DNA of 64,000 nucleotides, taken from the NCBI GenBank assembly GCA_044226015.1, contig JBGAHS010000001.1:608001-672000 (forward strand), given 5' to 3'. The notes beneath the pieces are model-generated. The model was given only the letters and a program-made list of their open reading frames with translations, had not been told where the DNA came from and ran no database searches. Shown piece by piece: positions 27,025 to 35,653 of the stretch; the stretch's first letter is position 1; every line of letters begins with the position of its first letter. Source of the DNA: Candidatus Obscuribacteraceae bacterium. Lineage in GTDB: Bacteria; Cyanobacteriota; Vampirovibrionia; Obscuribacterales; Obscuribacteraceae. A program made the translations under genes and the position numbers.

Positions 27025-28170
27025 ATGAATAAGAAAAAGCTATTTGCGTTACTTTTACTACTTTTATTTAGTCAGAGAGAGATTCTGGCGCAGGAGCCAG
27101 GTCGGAGTATCATGACACGACGGTTTTCCTACGTGAAAAATTCCGCTCAACATACCATTATGTGTGTGCCGTTACTCCAGTCAAAGAGCGAATTCTACAT
27201 TCTTGAATCTCGTGTTTTTGGGATGTTAGCGGAAAAGAAAGCTAAGGAAGCCGAGACGTTAGTGCATGCCGAGATTGCGAACAACAAGTCAGTGAAGTCT
27301 CGGCCGGTTCTAAGAGTTGCCTACGCTGGACTATTAGGTAGTATTTTGAACCGGTCTGAATATCCAGACTCAGAGAAAATCAAAAGAATGACTGAGCAGT
27401 TGCAAGAATGCATCGACTTGAAGATCGCACTGAACGAGACTTATGATGCGTCAGAGCGCGAGCAGATTGCCTTGGGAATATATCGCTTGCGCAATTTTGT
27501 GAATCGCTTTGAGAAGTTTAAAAATGCGATGCATTACAAATCCGAGTTGCAAAAGTGCCCCTGGTTCTCAGAGCTTGAGAAGAATGGTCCCCTGAGAGAG
27601 ATTGTTTTGCCTGCTTCCGATAGTAATTTGGTAGCAAAGGTCTATTTGCCGGCTTTGTATTGGGGGGTTCTTGCTGACAGAGGTCCTATAGTGGGATCAG
27701 ATAAAGAGCGTATTGAAAAAGGACTTCCGGGCGTGTGCATGGAGGCACTAGAAGCAGATCATTCTTCCACCCTTTCCTTTTCTGTGGCACCTATCTCCTC
27801 CGATTCTAGTACTGATAGAGAAACCTTCAACAAATCGCTCAATGGGTTTCGCGAGCTTCAGAAGCTGCCCGATCCGTTGAAGTGGTTTAATCGCTCTTTT
27901 CTTTCCTACAAAACTAACGGACAGATGACCGACAATCCGGAATCCATAAAGATTTCAGGGATAGATGGAATTCTTTACAAGCTGGAAGGTTCTTTTATTG
28001 TAACGGCCGTGCTAGGAAACGATTTCATTACTTATGTTCTATATCTTCCCAAGGAAGATATAGGACAAACTTGGAAAGACTATTCAAAAGCCTATCTCGG
28101 TACTGTTTTTGTCTCAGGCAAAGTCGATACAAATTCAAAACCGGCGGAGGCAAGAAGCAGCTCGAAGTGA
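27025..28170 (+). CDS. hypothetical exported protein
   Basis: MNKKKLFALLLLLLFS...ILA signal peptide; 381 aa. Confidence 0.7.
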   Translation: MNKKKLFALLLLLLFSQREILAQEPGRSIMTRRFSYVKNSAQHTIMCVPLLQSKSEFYILESRVFGMLAEKKAKEAETLVHAEIANNKSVKSRPVLRVAYAGLLGSILNRSEYPDSEKIKRMTEQLQECIDLKIALNETYDASEREQIALGIYRLRNFVNRFEKFKNAMHYKSELQKCPWFSELEKNGPLREIVLPASDSNLVAKVYLPALYWGVLADRGPIVGSDKERIEKGLPGVCMEALEADHSSTLSFSVAPISSDSSTDRETFNKSLNGFRELQKLPDPLKWFNRSFLSYKTNGQMTDNPESIKISGIDGILYKLEGSFIVTAVLGNDFITYVLYLPKEDIGQTWKDYSKAYLGTVFVSGKVDTNSKPAEARSSSK

Positions 28171-28245
28171 CCAATTTCCTTTGTGTTCTAGTCCTGAATA
28201 ATGGTAGATTATTCAGGACTAAATGTACTGGTTTGAGGTCTATCT

Positions 28246-28866
28246 ATGGTAGAGCACAAAATCGCTGAACGAGACATGATACGCCTGGTTGAGGAAGTAT
28301 CGAAGCTCGACAACGAGCGTAAAGACCAACTGGATAAGGCTGAAGTCGCAAGAATTCTCGACAGCCTGGGATTGCCTACAGAGTTGCTTGATGATGCACT
28401 TCTGCGCTTGCGCAAGAAGCAGAATGCGGAGCAATCGAGGAAGTATGTGCTGATTGGTGTGCTGGGCGCTTTGATAATCGCTGCCAGTGCCTTCTTTTTC
28501 ATTAGTACCAATAATGGTGTTGTGCAAGGACTGTATGCGAAAGTGACTGCCACTGATGCGTACTTCTCTCAAAATGCCGAAGGTTCGGCGCAAATTTCAG
28601 ATGTCTCGCCGGGACAAACGGTTTACGCTCAAGTGACATTGCATAATGTACCTGTAAATAGCAAACTACCCATGCATGCTAAGTGGTATAAGCCTGATGG
28701 ATCCATTCTGAAAGAAAATAGTTGGGTCACTCGCGAGACAACGTCCTCAAATTGGAATACTCATGCTAAATGTGTGATTCCTTCAGATGCACCCGTTGGA
28801 AAATGGATGGTCGAATTCTCACTTGGTGGTCGTCCTGTTATCAGCAAAATCTTCATCGTTAAATAG
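28246..28866 (+). CDS. single-pass membrane protein with C-terminal Ig-like beta domain (DUF3859-like suspected)
   Basis: N-terminal helical part, TM YVLIGVLGALIIAASAFFFI, KWYKPDG...APVGKWMVEF beta-sandwich pattern. Confidence 0.65.
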   Translation: MVEHKIAERDMIRLVEEVSKLDNERKDQLDKAEVARILDSLGLPTELLDDALLRLRKKQNAEQSRKYVLIGVLGALIIAASAFFFISTNNGVVQGLYAKVTATDAYFSQNAEGSAQISDVSPGQTVYAQVTLHNVPVNSKLPMHAKWYKPDGSILKENSWVTRETTSSNWNTHAKCVIPSDAPVGKWMVEFSLGGRPVISKIFIVK

Positions 28867-28882
28867 AATCGCCGAACTCGGA

Positions 28883-30544
28883 TTGACTGGTTCTTTTCAC
28901 TTTGCCGAGACTGGGGAAGTAGAAGTAGATCTAGATAAAGTTGGAAGCAGGCACGCGCGCGTGGTTAAGCTAGGAGAGCGGGTAAGTTCCATTGAATTTG
29001 CTATTTCAGGTTTAAGTGAAGAAGCTGATTTGAAACTTGAATTTGGAGTTAATCGAGTTGAAATCACTCGGAATCACTTCGGCAGAATGCAGCTCTTCTG
29101 GGCGCAGATGGGAGCAAGAACGTATTTTTCGACTAGTGCGATTTCGCTAGCACAGATACTCAAGTCCCCAATTTCAAGCAGAGGATTTTATTCCTATTCT
29201 TGCTTTTCATTCATCGCTGCGCCGCTAAGCCCATTTGAAAATATCCATGCACTTGCTGCTGGCTCAACGATTTCTTTCACTCGTGATGAAAGCGCTGAGA
29301 TGCAGCTGACGGAATCTTCGAACGTGCCATGGACAGAGTCAGTGCGCTACACCGAGCCGTCATCCGGTTTGAACTCTGAGCTTAGAGGCTTACTTCTGGG
29401 CGCCATTGAAAAGCAATGTGCTGATCTGGCTGGGCGCAAGACTGCTATCTTTCTTTCTGGTGGTCTAGATTCTGCATTAACGGCGGCACTGCTCAAGAAG
29501 ATTGGTTGCGATTTAACTGCTTATAGCCTTGATTTTGGAGAATTCGGTCGCAGTGAATTGCCTGTTGCTGAGGAGATTGCCAGGTATCTAGGAATTCCAA
29601 TGACAGCAGTGCGTTGTTCACCATCAGACGTAGAACGTTCGTTTCGAGCGACGGTAAGTCGATGTGATACCGTATTTGGTGATGGTGTCACTGTGCCCCT
29701 GAACCTACTCTGCCAGAAGGCGGCAGAGGATGCTTGCGACGTTGTGTTCAACGGTGAAGGTGGAGACCAGCTGTTTGGTGGTTGGACGAACAAACCTTTG
29801 ATAGCATCTACCGTTTACGGCACTGATTTCTTGTGCAACTTGAAGGACGATGATGCCTTCTTCACAAAGTATATGGCGACTTTCCATAAAGTTTACGGTG
29901 CTGAGGGCGTTGCGTTTAACCCTAAGCGGCTGAGTGAGGCTGTATCTGATTTGCATCCATTTTTCAAAACCGCATTTGATTCAAGCAAAAGTAAAACACT
30001 TCTGCATTTTTTGCGGCGCGCCAATCTCCTTTTGAAGGGTGCTCAAAACATTCAGCCTCGTGCCAGCAATCTTGCCCTGTCTCATGGGCTCAGTCTGAGA
30101 ACTATATTTTGCGATGACGATCTTGCAAACTTCACTTTTTCGCTCAGTCCAGATTTGCTGTTAAAAGGTTCTTGTGAGAAGTTTATCCTCAAGCAGTGTG
30201 CAGAAGAGTTTTTACCAGCAGAATTCATCTGGCGTGAGAAACGAGGAATGGGTGTACCTTCAACGCAGTGGTTTCTTGGACCACTCTGGCATTTCGCTGG
30301 CAAATACTTAAATTCTGGACGACTTCAACATTCTGGCTACTGGAATAAAGATATTGCAGAATTACTTGCTCTTGGACAGGCTCACGCCGCCTGGCAAGGA
30401 CGTCGAATAGGAGAGATTCTATGGATGATTCTAAGCTGGGAACTCTGGTCGTCAAACCTGTCTTCTGAGAACCTGAGCAAGTATAATTCCTTCTGGCCCC
30501 CCTTATTGTATTTGAAAGTCAAGAAAGGGGTTATGGAAAATTGA
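28883..30544 (+). CDS. asparagine synthetase-like ATP-dependent amide synthetase (copy 1), no N-terminal Cys
   Basis: RNHFG..QLFW, FLSGGLDS, NGEGGDQLFGG, EKFILK, REKRGMGVP; start uncertain (TTG 28883 avoids overlap; ORF track gives 28787). Confidence 0.85.
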   Translation: MTGSFHFAETGEVEVDLDKVGSRHARVVKLGERVSSIEFAISGLSEEADLKLEFGVNRVEITRNHFGRMQLFWAQMGARTYFSTSAISLAQILKSPISSRGFYSYSCFSFIAAPLSPFENIHALAAGSTISFTRDESAEMQLTESSNVPWTESVRYTEPSSGLNSELRGLLLGAIEKQCADLAGRKTAIFLSGGLDSALTAALLKKIGCDLTAYSLDFGEFGRSELPVAEEIARYLGIPMTAVRCSPSDVERSFRATVSRCDTVFGDGVTVPLNLLCQKAAEDACDVVFNGEGGDQLFGGWTNKPLIASTVYGTDFLCNLKDDDAFFTKYMATFHKVYGAEGVAFNPKRLSEAVSDLHPFFKTAFDSSKSKTLLHFLRRANLLLKGAQNIQPRASNLALSHGLSLRTIFCDDDLANFTFSLSPDLLLKGSCEKFILKQCAEEFLPAEFIWREKRGMGVPSTQWFLGPLWHFAGKYLNSGRLQHSGYWNKDIAELLALGQAHAAWQGRRIGEILWMILSWELWSSNLSSENLSKYNSFWPPLLYLKVKKGVMEN

Positions 30545-30547
30545 GCG
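30459..30547 (+). repeat. direct repeat copy 1 (3' end of asnB-like gene + RBS + TTGAGCG)
   Basis: TGTCTTCTGAGAACCTGAGCAAGTATAATTCCTTCTG...GTCAAGAAAGGGGTT...AAATTGAGCG; first 37 nt match copy 2 at 36/37. Confidence 0.9.
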
Positions 30548-30575
30548 TCGCGAAGACATTTGAGGATCTGCCACT

Positions 30576-31688
30576 TTGAAGTGTATCAGTTGTAGCCAAG
30601 ATAATCTCTTGCGTGACCGGCAAAACGGCAAGTGTTCCCGCTGTTCTCATCCGTTCGTTTTTGATCCGCGCGCAAAAAGCGATTCCTTCAATGACGTGCA
30701 ATTCAAGAGAACTTTAGATGCTATTTCAGTTTCTGGAACTTTGAAGTTCACGACTGAGCAGTTTCAGTATTATTTGAACCGAAGGAAGTTCGTCCAGTCG
30801 AAATCGGTCATGGTTGTGCTATTTGCTCTATTCGGCTTCTTTTTGTCAATTCCTATTTCAACCATTCGGGGATACGGTCCTAACATATTGCTTTTCTACT
30901 GGTTCGTGATATTTCCACTTGTTATTTTGCTCGCCAAGTACAAGCAAAGTAAAGCAGAAAAGTATCCGCAGATGAAATTCAGTTATCGGCAAATTGAAGC
31001 GTTCTTCTCTTCATGGGAAACTACAAATGGGCTTGTTGACTCACTGTTGACAGATCCCTCTAAACTCATTAAAGGTTGTGCGGCAGTACCTGCAGAGGTC
31101 TTGGACTACAGCTTTGATCGTTTGATCGTTACTCAAACAGATGATATTGCTTATTTCCTGATTTCTAACAACTTTCATTTTGAAAACAATTGCGCTGTTT
31201 TGAGTATCAATCAATATCCAAGCAATATTTTCTACACCGTTATGAAAATGTTGCGCAACAACGAGTCTTTGAAGGTTTACGCATTGCATGACTGTACCTG
31301 GGCTGGCTTGAAGATGCTCGACAAGTTGAGCACAGACCCAATTTGGTTTGCTGAACATCCGAATACTCAAATAATTGATCTTGGTTTGTTGCCTCGACAA
31401 ATCATGAATAGAAAGCCTTTTGCGCAAGTGCCTGGACCTGAGGACTTTGAAGAGGAGAAGGAACTTTCAGTAAAGGTACGAAGTGCTCTGACAAAAGAGG
31501 AACGCGATTGGATGGCAAAGAACTATGTCAGATTGGTATCTGTGGCGCCGCAGGCCTTGCTAAGAATGATAAATGCAGGCATAGCCAAAAGTAGAGACCC
31601 AGAACAAGCCAACGCCCTTGTTGCTGTTGATGATGGCTACGCAGGTGACGGTGGCTTGTATATGTATTCTACAGAGAGTTTTGGTTAG
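30576..31688 (+). CDS. membrane protein with N-terminal Zn ribbon and C-terminal degenerate Toprim-like domain
   Basis: CISC...CSRC; two TM segments; RLIVTQTDD...NCAVLSINQYP...VYALHDCTWAG...IDLGLLP resembles Topo VI-A/Spo11-type Toprim. Confidence 0.6.
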   Translation: MKCISCSQDNLLRDRQNGKCSRCSHPFVFDPRAKSDSFNDVQFKRTLDAISVSGTLKFTTEQFQYYLNRRKFVQSKSVMVVLFALFGFFLSIPISTIRGYGPNILLFYWFVIFPLVILLAKYKQSKAEKYPQMKFSYRQIEAFFSSWETTNGLVDSLLTDPSKLIKGCAAVPAEVLDYSFDRLIVTQTDDIAYFLISNNFHFENNCAVLSINQYPSNIFYTVMKMLRNNESLKVYALHDCTWAGLKMLDKLSTDPIWFAEHPNTQIIDLGLLPRQIMNRKPFAQVPGPEDFEEEKELSVKVRSALTKEERDWMAKNYVRLVSVAPQALLRMINAGIAKSRDPEQANALVAVDDGYAGDGGLYMYSTESFG

Positions 31689-31695
31689 AGCTTAA

Positions 31696-31782
31696 TGTCT
31701 TCTGAGAATCTGAGCAAGTATAATTCCTTCTGTCATCAGTATTATGTTTGAGAGTCAAGAAAGGGGTTTTCGAAATTGAGCG
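31696..31782 (+). repeat. direct repeat copy 2 (supplies RBS and TTG start of the LysA-like gene)
   Basis: TGTCTTCTGAGAATCTGAGCAAGTATAATTCCTTCTG...GTCAAGAAAGGGGTT...AAATTGAGCG. Confidence 0.9.
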
Positions 31783-33002
31783 CTTCTATACTTTCTTCTG
31801 ATGCGCGACGCTTTTGCCCATCTGCAGAGCTTGCTAAGCAACTCGTCGAGGAGTATGGCTCTCCACTTTATGTGTACGACGAGCAAACTCTGTTGAATGC
31901 TATAGAGACTGTCCAGGGTGCTTTCAATTACGAAAATTGTCGCTTTGCTTTTGCGGCGGTAACCAATGGAAATCTCAACCTGCTAAAGATATTCAAGAAT
32001 GCGAATTGGGGCTTGCATGCTAACACACCTGGTGATGCATTTCTTGGAATTAAATCAGGCTTTACTGGTAATGATATCGTATATAGTGGCAGCAATCTTA
32101 GCTCTGATGAAATGGATTTGATGCTCTCCTGGGGAGTAAGAACGTTCAATCTGGACAGTGGCGATCAGTTGAGAAGCCTAATCCATGCATGTAACCGCAG
32201 CAATGTCGATAAGATCAAGATTGGAATGCGCCTGAATCTTCCTTCGGTTACAGGAGAGTCGCGCACTGGAGTCGATGCGAGCGAGCTTCCTGCGTTGCAG
32301 GCGCTGGCGCAAGAATCGGGATTCAAAGTAAGCGGTATCCATTTCTATCGTGGTACATCAACAAACGCTACTGAGAGATTTGTCGACGCTTTTGAAAAAG
32401 TCGTAGATGTTTGTGAGCGTCTAGAGAATTTCGAGTATTTGGATTTTGGTGGTGGTTTTGGTTTTCCCTACCATGATAGGCGTCATTCTTTTGACTGGCG
32501 CTTATTTGCAGAAGAGCTTTGTGCGTTGCTTGCTCGTCGAGGCTTAACTCCTGACCTGATTATAGAGCCTGGTCGCTCTGTCATTGCAGGTTCAGCTGTA
32601 ATGCTATGCAACGTCATAAGTACAAAATGGCAGGGACAGAAGCAGTTCGTTGGAGTAAACGCAACAAGCTCGAATATAGCAGTGCTTAGTGTTCATGGTG
32701 GCAGCCGTCAGGTGAGCTCATTTGTGGATTCGAGCACGCAATTCACAAGTGATGTTTGTGGAAATACAACCTACTCTCGTGATTACCTTGCACGGGGGTG
32801 CGAATTGCCGGCATTGAAAGAAGGCGATGTCCTTGCAATTCATGATACTGGTGCTTACGGTTTTTCGATGTCTTCGCATTTCCTGCATCGCCCGCTTCCT
32901 GCTGAGGTTCTGGTATCAGCCGAGAGTTCTCGACTTATCAGAAAACGTGAAACCTGGGACTGCTTGCTTTCAAATCAGGTGATTTCAGAGTCTGAGTGCT
33001 GA
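31776..33002 (+). CDS. divergent group IV (LysA/ODC-like) decarboxylase-family protein
   Basis: YGSPLYVYD, NLDS, GMRLN, LDFGGGFG, IEPGRS, DTGAYGFSMSS; canonical YAxKAN replaced by FAAVTN. Confidence 0.85.
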   Translation: MSASILSSDARRFCPSAELAKQLVEEYGSPLYVYDEQTLLNAIETVQGAFNYENCRFAFAAVTNGNLNLLKIFKNANWGLHANTPGDAFLGIKSGFTGNDIVYSGSNLSSDEMDLMLSWGVRTFNLDSGDQLRSLIHACNRSNVDKIKIGMRLNLPSVTGESRTGVDASELPALQALAQESGFKVSGIHFYRGTSTNATERFVDAFEKVVDVCERLENFEYLDFGGGFGFPYHDRRHSFDWRLFAEELCALLARRGLTPDLIIEPGRSVIAGSAVMLCNVISTKWQGQKQFVGVNATSSNIAVLSVHGGSRQVSSFVDSSTQFTSDVCGNTTYSRDYLARGCELPALKEGDVLAIHDTGAYGFSMSSHFLHRPLPAEVLVSAESSRLIRKRETWDCLLSNQVISESEC

Positions 33003-33122
33003 GGCTAAGAACTTTTCTGTTTCTTACTTGATGTTGCTATTAATCGATCCGAGAATCTTTTGTCCCCAGATGGTCAAGCTCTTGCTGTGAATGATCTGGA
33101 AGGAAACAAGAAACCAGAAAAA

Positions 33123-33743
33123 CTATGTTTTTTTCTTGAAGTGTTCGGACCATCGTCGCTCGTAATCGACGTTGGCTTTGGCTCGTTTCTTGCCGTCGTC
33201 AATTCGTTCGACTTCCATGTGTCCAGCTACGTTCTTGTACTCTTTTTGAATGTCACCGCCGAAGACTTCCAGCAACTCCGTTCGGAAGAGTCTTGCTTCA
33301 AATATGATTTCCATCGATGTAGCAAGCCTTTTACGAAAAACATGACCGTCTTCTGCTGGTGACTGTCCTGCTGGTCGGAGCAGAGGGCAGTTGCCCTCGT
33401 TTGGACGGCAATCTTTCTCAGCGCCATTACATTCTGCGCAATGAATGCAAACATGTGAGCGGTCTTGTTCTATATCAGCAAGAATCTTGAATCCAGCATC
33501 CTTGATTTGTTTAACTGAAATTTTGGCCATGCCCCGCCGCTTTTTGCTGCTTCTTAGCACTCGGTGCACCATTTCTTTGTATGTGCATTCTTGTTGTCGA
33601 TAGAAAGAAATTCCGCCTTCATGGATCTCTGGCCGGCGTTGAAAATCTGCGACAACTAACGAGTCTATAGATTCGCCTTCTCCGCGTAGAAATAGGCAAA
33701 CGAGTGTTTCATCATCCGCCAAATCAATTTCTTTGTACGCCAT
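33123..33743 (-). CDS. hypothetical protein, possible ADP-ribosyltransferase-fold toxin
   Basis: DETLVCLFLR, FQRRP...GGISFYR, AKISVKQI...GF.I..D....SHVCI pattern; translationally coupled to the upstream gene. Confidence 0.5.
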   Translation of the reverse strand: MAYKEIDLADDETLVCLFLRGEGESIDSLVVADFQRRPEIHEGGISFYRQQECTYKEMVHRVLRSSKKRRGMAKISVKQIKDAGFKILADIEQDRSHVCIHCAECNGAEKDCRPNEGNCPLLRPAGQSPAEDGHVFRKRLATSMEIIFEARLFRTELLEVFGGDIQKEYKNVAGHMEVERIDDGKKRAKANVDYERRWSEHFKKKT

Positions 33744-34114
33744 TAGATGCGGAAGTATTTGATAACCAATTCGACGGCGCCAGTATGCTCTGACCCTGAA
33801 GAAGGACCGTTTTCAGCGTGATGGAAAAAGTAAGATAGCGTTGGCTCAAAACGTATATCCAAATTCTGTTTTTTGTTGCCGTAGCTCAAGAGTAAGTGTC
33901 CTTCGTGCGAGACAAACATTCTTGGTTCTTCGAGTTTATCTTCGCCTTTTCCGCGCAAAGTGTTAAAAAAGGTTTTCACCGCATCAAAAATTTCCTTTGT
34001 TGGTGCTTTTTCGCCCTCGCTGGGATCTTCATAATCAGCAGCGTGTTCTTCTATTACAGCTAGGTTTTTACAAGCTGCTGTGTACCATTCAGGACTAACT
34101 TTTACTGCACACAT
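33743..34114 (-). CDS. small hypothetical protein, possible antitoxin/partner
   Basis: 123 aa; EGEKAPTKEIFDAV..F....EPRMFVSHEGHLLLSY....LDIRF; stop overlaps start of the next gene (TAATG). Confidence 0.6.
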   Translation of the reverse strand: MCAVKVSPEWYTAACKNLAVIEEHAADYEDPSEGEKAPTKEIFDAVKTFFNTLRGKGEDKLEEPRMFVSHEGHLLLSYGNKKQNLDIRFEPTLSYFFHHAENGPSSGSEHTGAVELVIKYFRI

Positions 34115-34890
34115 ATTCCATTCTCGTTTAATTCTTTGACGGCAATCCTTCTCTTACGGTTCCGTCATATCCTCAAAGTAGCATTGAAACCTTGATATTG
34201 CAATGGGAAATTACGTGAAATGGGTGTCTGGTACTTGCTCTGCAGTATTGGACATTACCTATTATCTGCTTTCCCTTGCATTTTAAGGACTTCTCGGATT
34301 GTTAGGGACGACAGTGTTGGCTTTCCTTCCTTGGGAAAAAAAACACCAGCTTTCTTGGGGTTACAACCTTCTAGATTTGTGCTTGCCGGTCTGCACAATT
34401 TCGTTGGTTAGGTGGCGACTCCAATCCTCGAAAGGCGCGAAGTGAATCGCGAAGATCACTTTTGCAATCGAGAATGTAGAAATTCCGTAGGCTGAAAATT
34501 TTGTCTACACAGGAGTAGAATCGAATTGCGAAATGAGAAGCTGCACTACTTCCTCATGCTCCCGTTCTTTTATCGGTGTCCATTCTTTTCCAATGCTTTC
34601 TTTGATGCCGAGCAAATCCAGAAACGCATCGGTAATTCGACACATGCGCCTGCCGACGGCGAAGAGCACGAGCGCATGAGCGAGGCTGATTTTGCCTGGC
34701 TGAACGATTGCAGCAAATGCGGAAACGATGCTTACTACTTCGTCACGCCGAAAATCTAGCTCAGCTTTAGCCAAAAAAAACAGGCTGGAGCCCGAAAACG
34801 ACCTTATAATATTAATTCCTCTCAAATTGAGAGATTCGCTATTGCGTTATTCCTCTCGATTTGAGAGGATGGCTATAAAGGAGCCAGGTA

Positions 34891-35175
34891 TTGGAAATTT
34901 TGAATTCTCGGATCATCAAACAGTTCATTGCTGAACATGCTGACGCCGAAGCCCCGCTAACTGACTGGGTGAGCAAAACGAGAGCCGCTGAGTGGAAGAA
35001 CAACGCGGACGTGCAAAAGACCTTCAACAGTGCAGATCATTTGGGAGATCAGAAGTTCATTTTCAATATCGGCGGCAACAATTTTCGCCTGGCTGCAATG
35101 GTTTGGATCTCGCAAGACCGAGTCTATGTCCTGAAAATAATGACTCATGCGGAGTACGATAAGGAGAAATTCTAA
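34891..35175 (+). CDS. higB: HigB-family (RelE superfamily) toxin
   Basis: PLTDW....AEW....VQKTFNSAD....FNIGGNNFRL...IMTHAEYDK; AAGGAG RBS. Confidence 0.9.
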   Translation: MEILNSRIIKQFIAEHADAEAPLTDWVSKTRAAEWKNNADVQKTFNSADHLGDQKFIFNIGGNNFRLAAMVWISQDRVYVLKIMTHAEYDKEKF

Positions 35176-35603
35176 TGGTGACCGACAAATACAGAGCCCT
35201 TATTGACCGCTTTCCGCTCGTGCCCATCAAGAACGATGAGCACCTGGACGCCGCGCACGAAGTCGCTCAAAGTCTGATGCTTAGAGGCGAAGCCGTGGCA
35301 ACAGATGAAGCTGAATATCTGGAAGTTTTGCTCGACGAAATCGCGAAGTATGAAAAGAAGCATCACGCCTTAAACTTGGCGGACCTTCAACCGCATGAGC
35401 TTCTACAGTCTTTTATGAAAGACCACAGCCTGAAACAGGTTGATGTGCAAGATATTCTTAGCGTCTCCTCGGGCGTCATGAGCGAGCTTGCGTCCGGCAA
35501 GCGTGAGCTGACAAAGGAGCACTGCGTCAAACTCGGGCAATACTTCAGAGTTACACCGGCGCTCTTTTTGCCAAAGGTTCACATAAAGCAGACGAATCAC
35601 TAG
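35175..35603 (+). CDS. higA: HigA-family antitoxin (Xre HTH)
   Basis: PIKNDEH, YLEVL...I..YEKKH, LKQ.D....S.GVMSE..SGKRELT.....LGQYF; TAATG coupling to higB. Confidence 0.9.
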   Translation: MVTDKYRALIDRFPLVPIKNDEHLDAAHEVAQSLMLRGEAVATDEAEYLEVLLDEIAKYEKKHHALNLADLQPHELLQSFMKDHSLKQVDVQDILSVSSGVMSELASGKRELTKEHCVKLGQYFRVTPALFLPKVHIKQTNH

Positions 35604-35653
35604 AGGAATACATGAATATTGACGTGTTTATGAAGACCGCGCGTCAGTTAAGC

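Noticed and set aside
34505..34825. 106-aa minus-strand ORF (faint PIN-like ISLAHAL motif) and the overlapping 77-aa plus-strand ORF
   Set aside because: No RBS or full motif set; cannot decide which, if either, is coding
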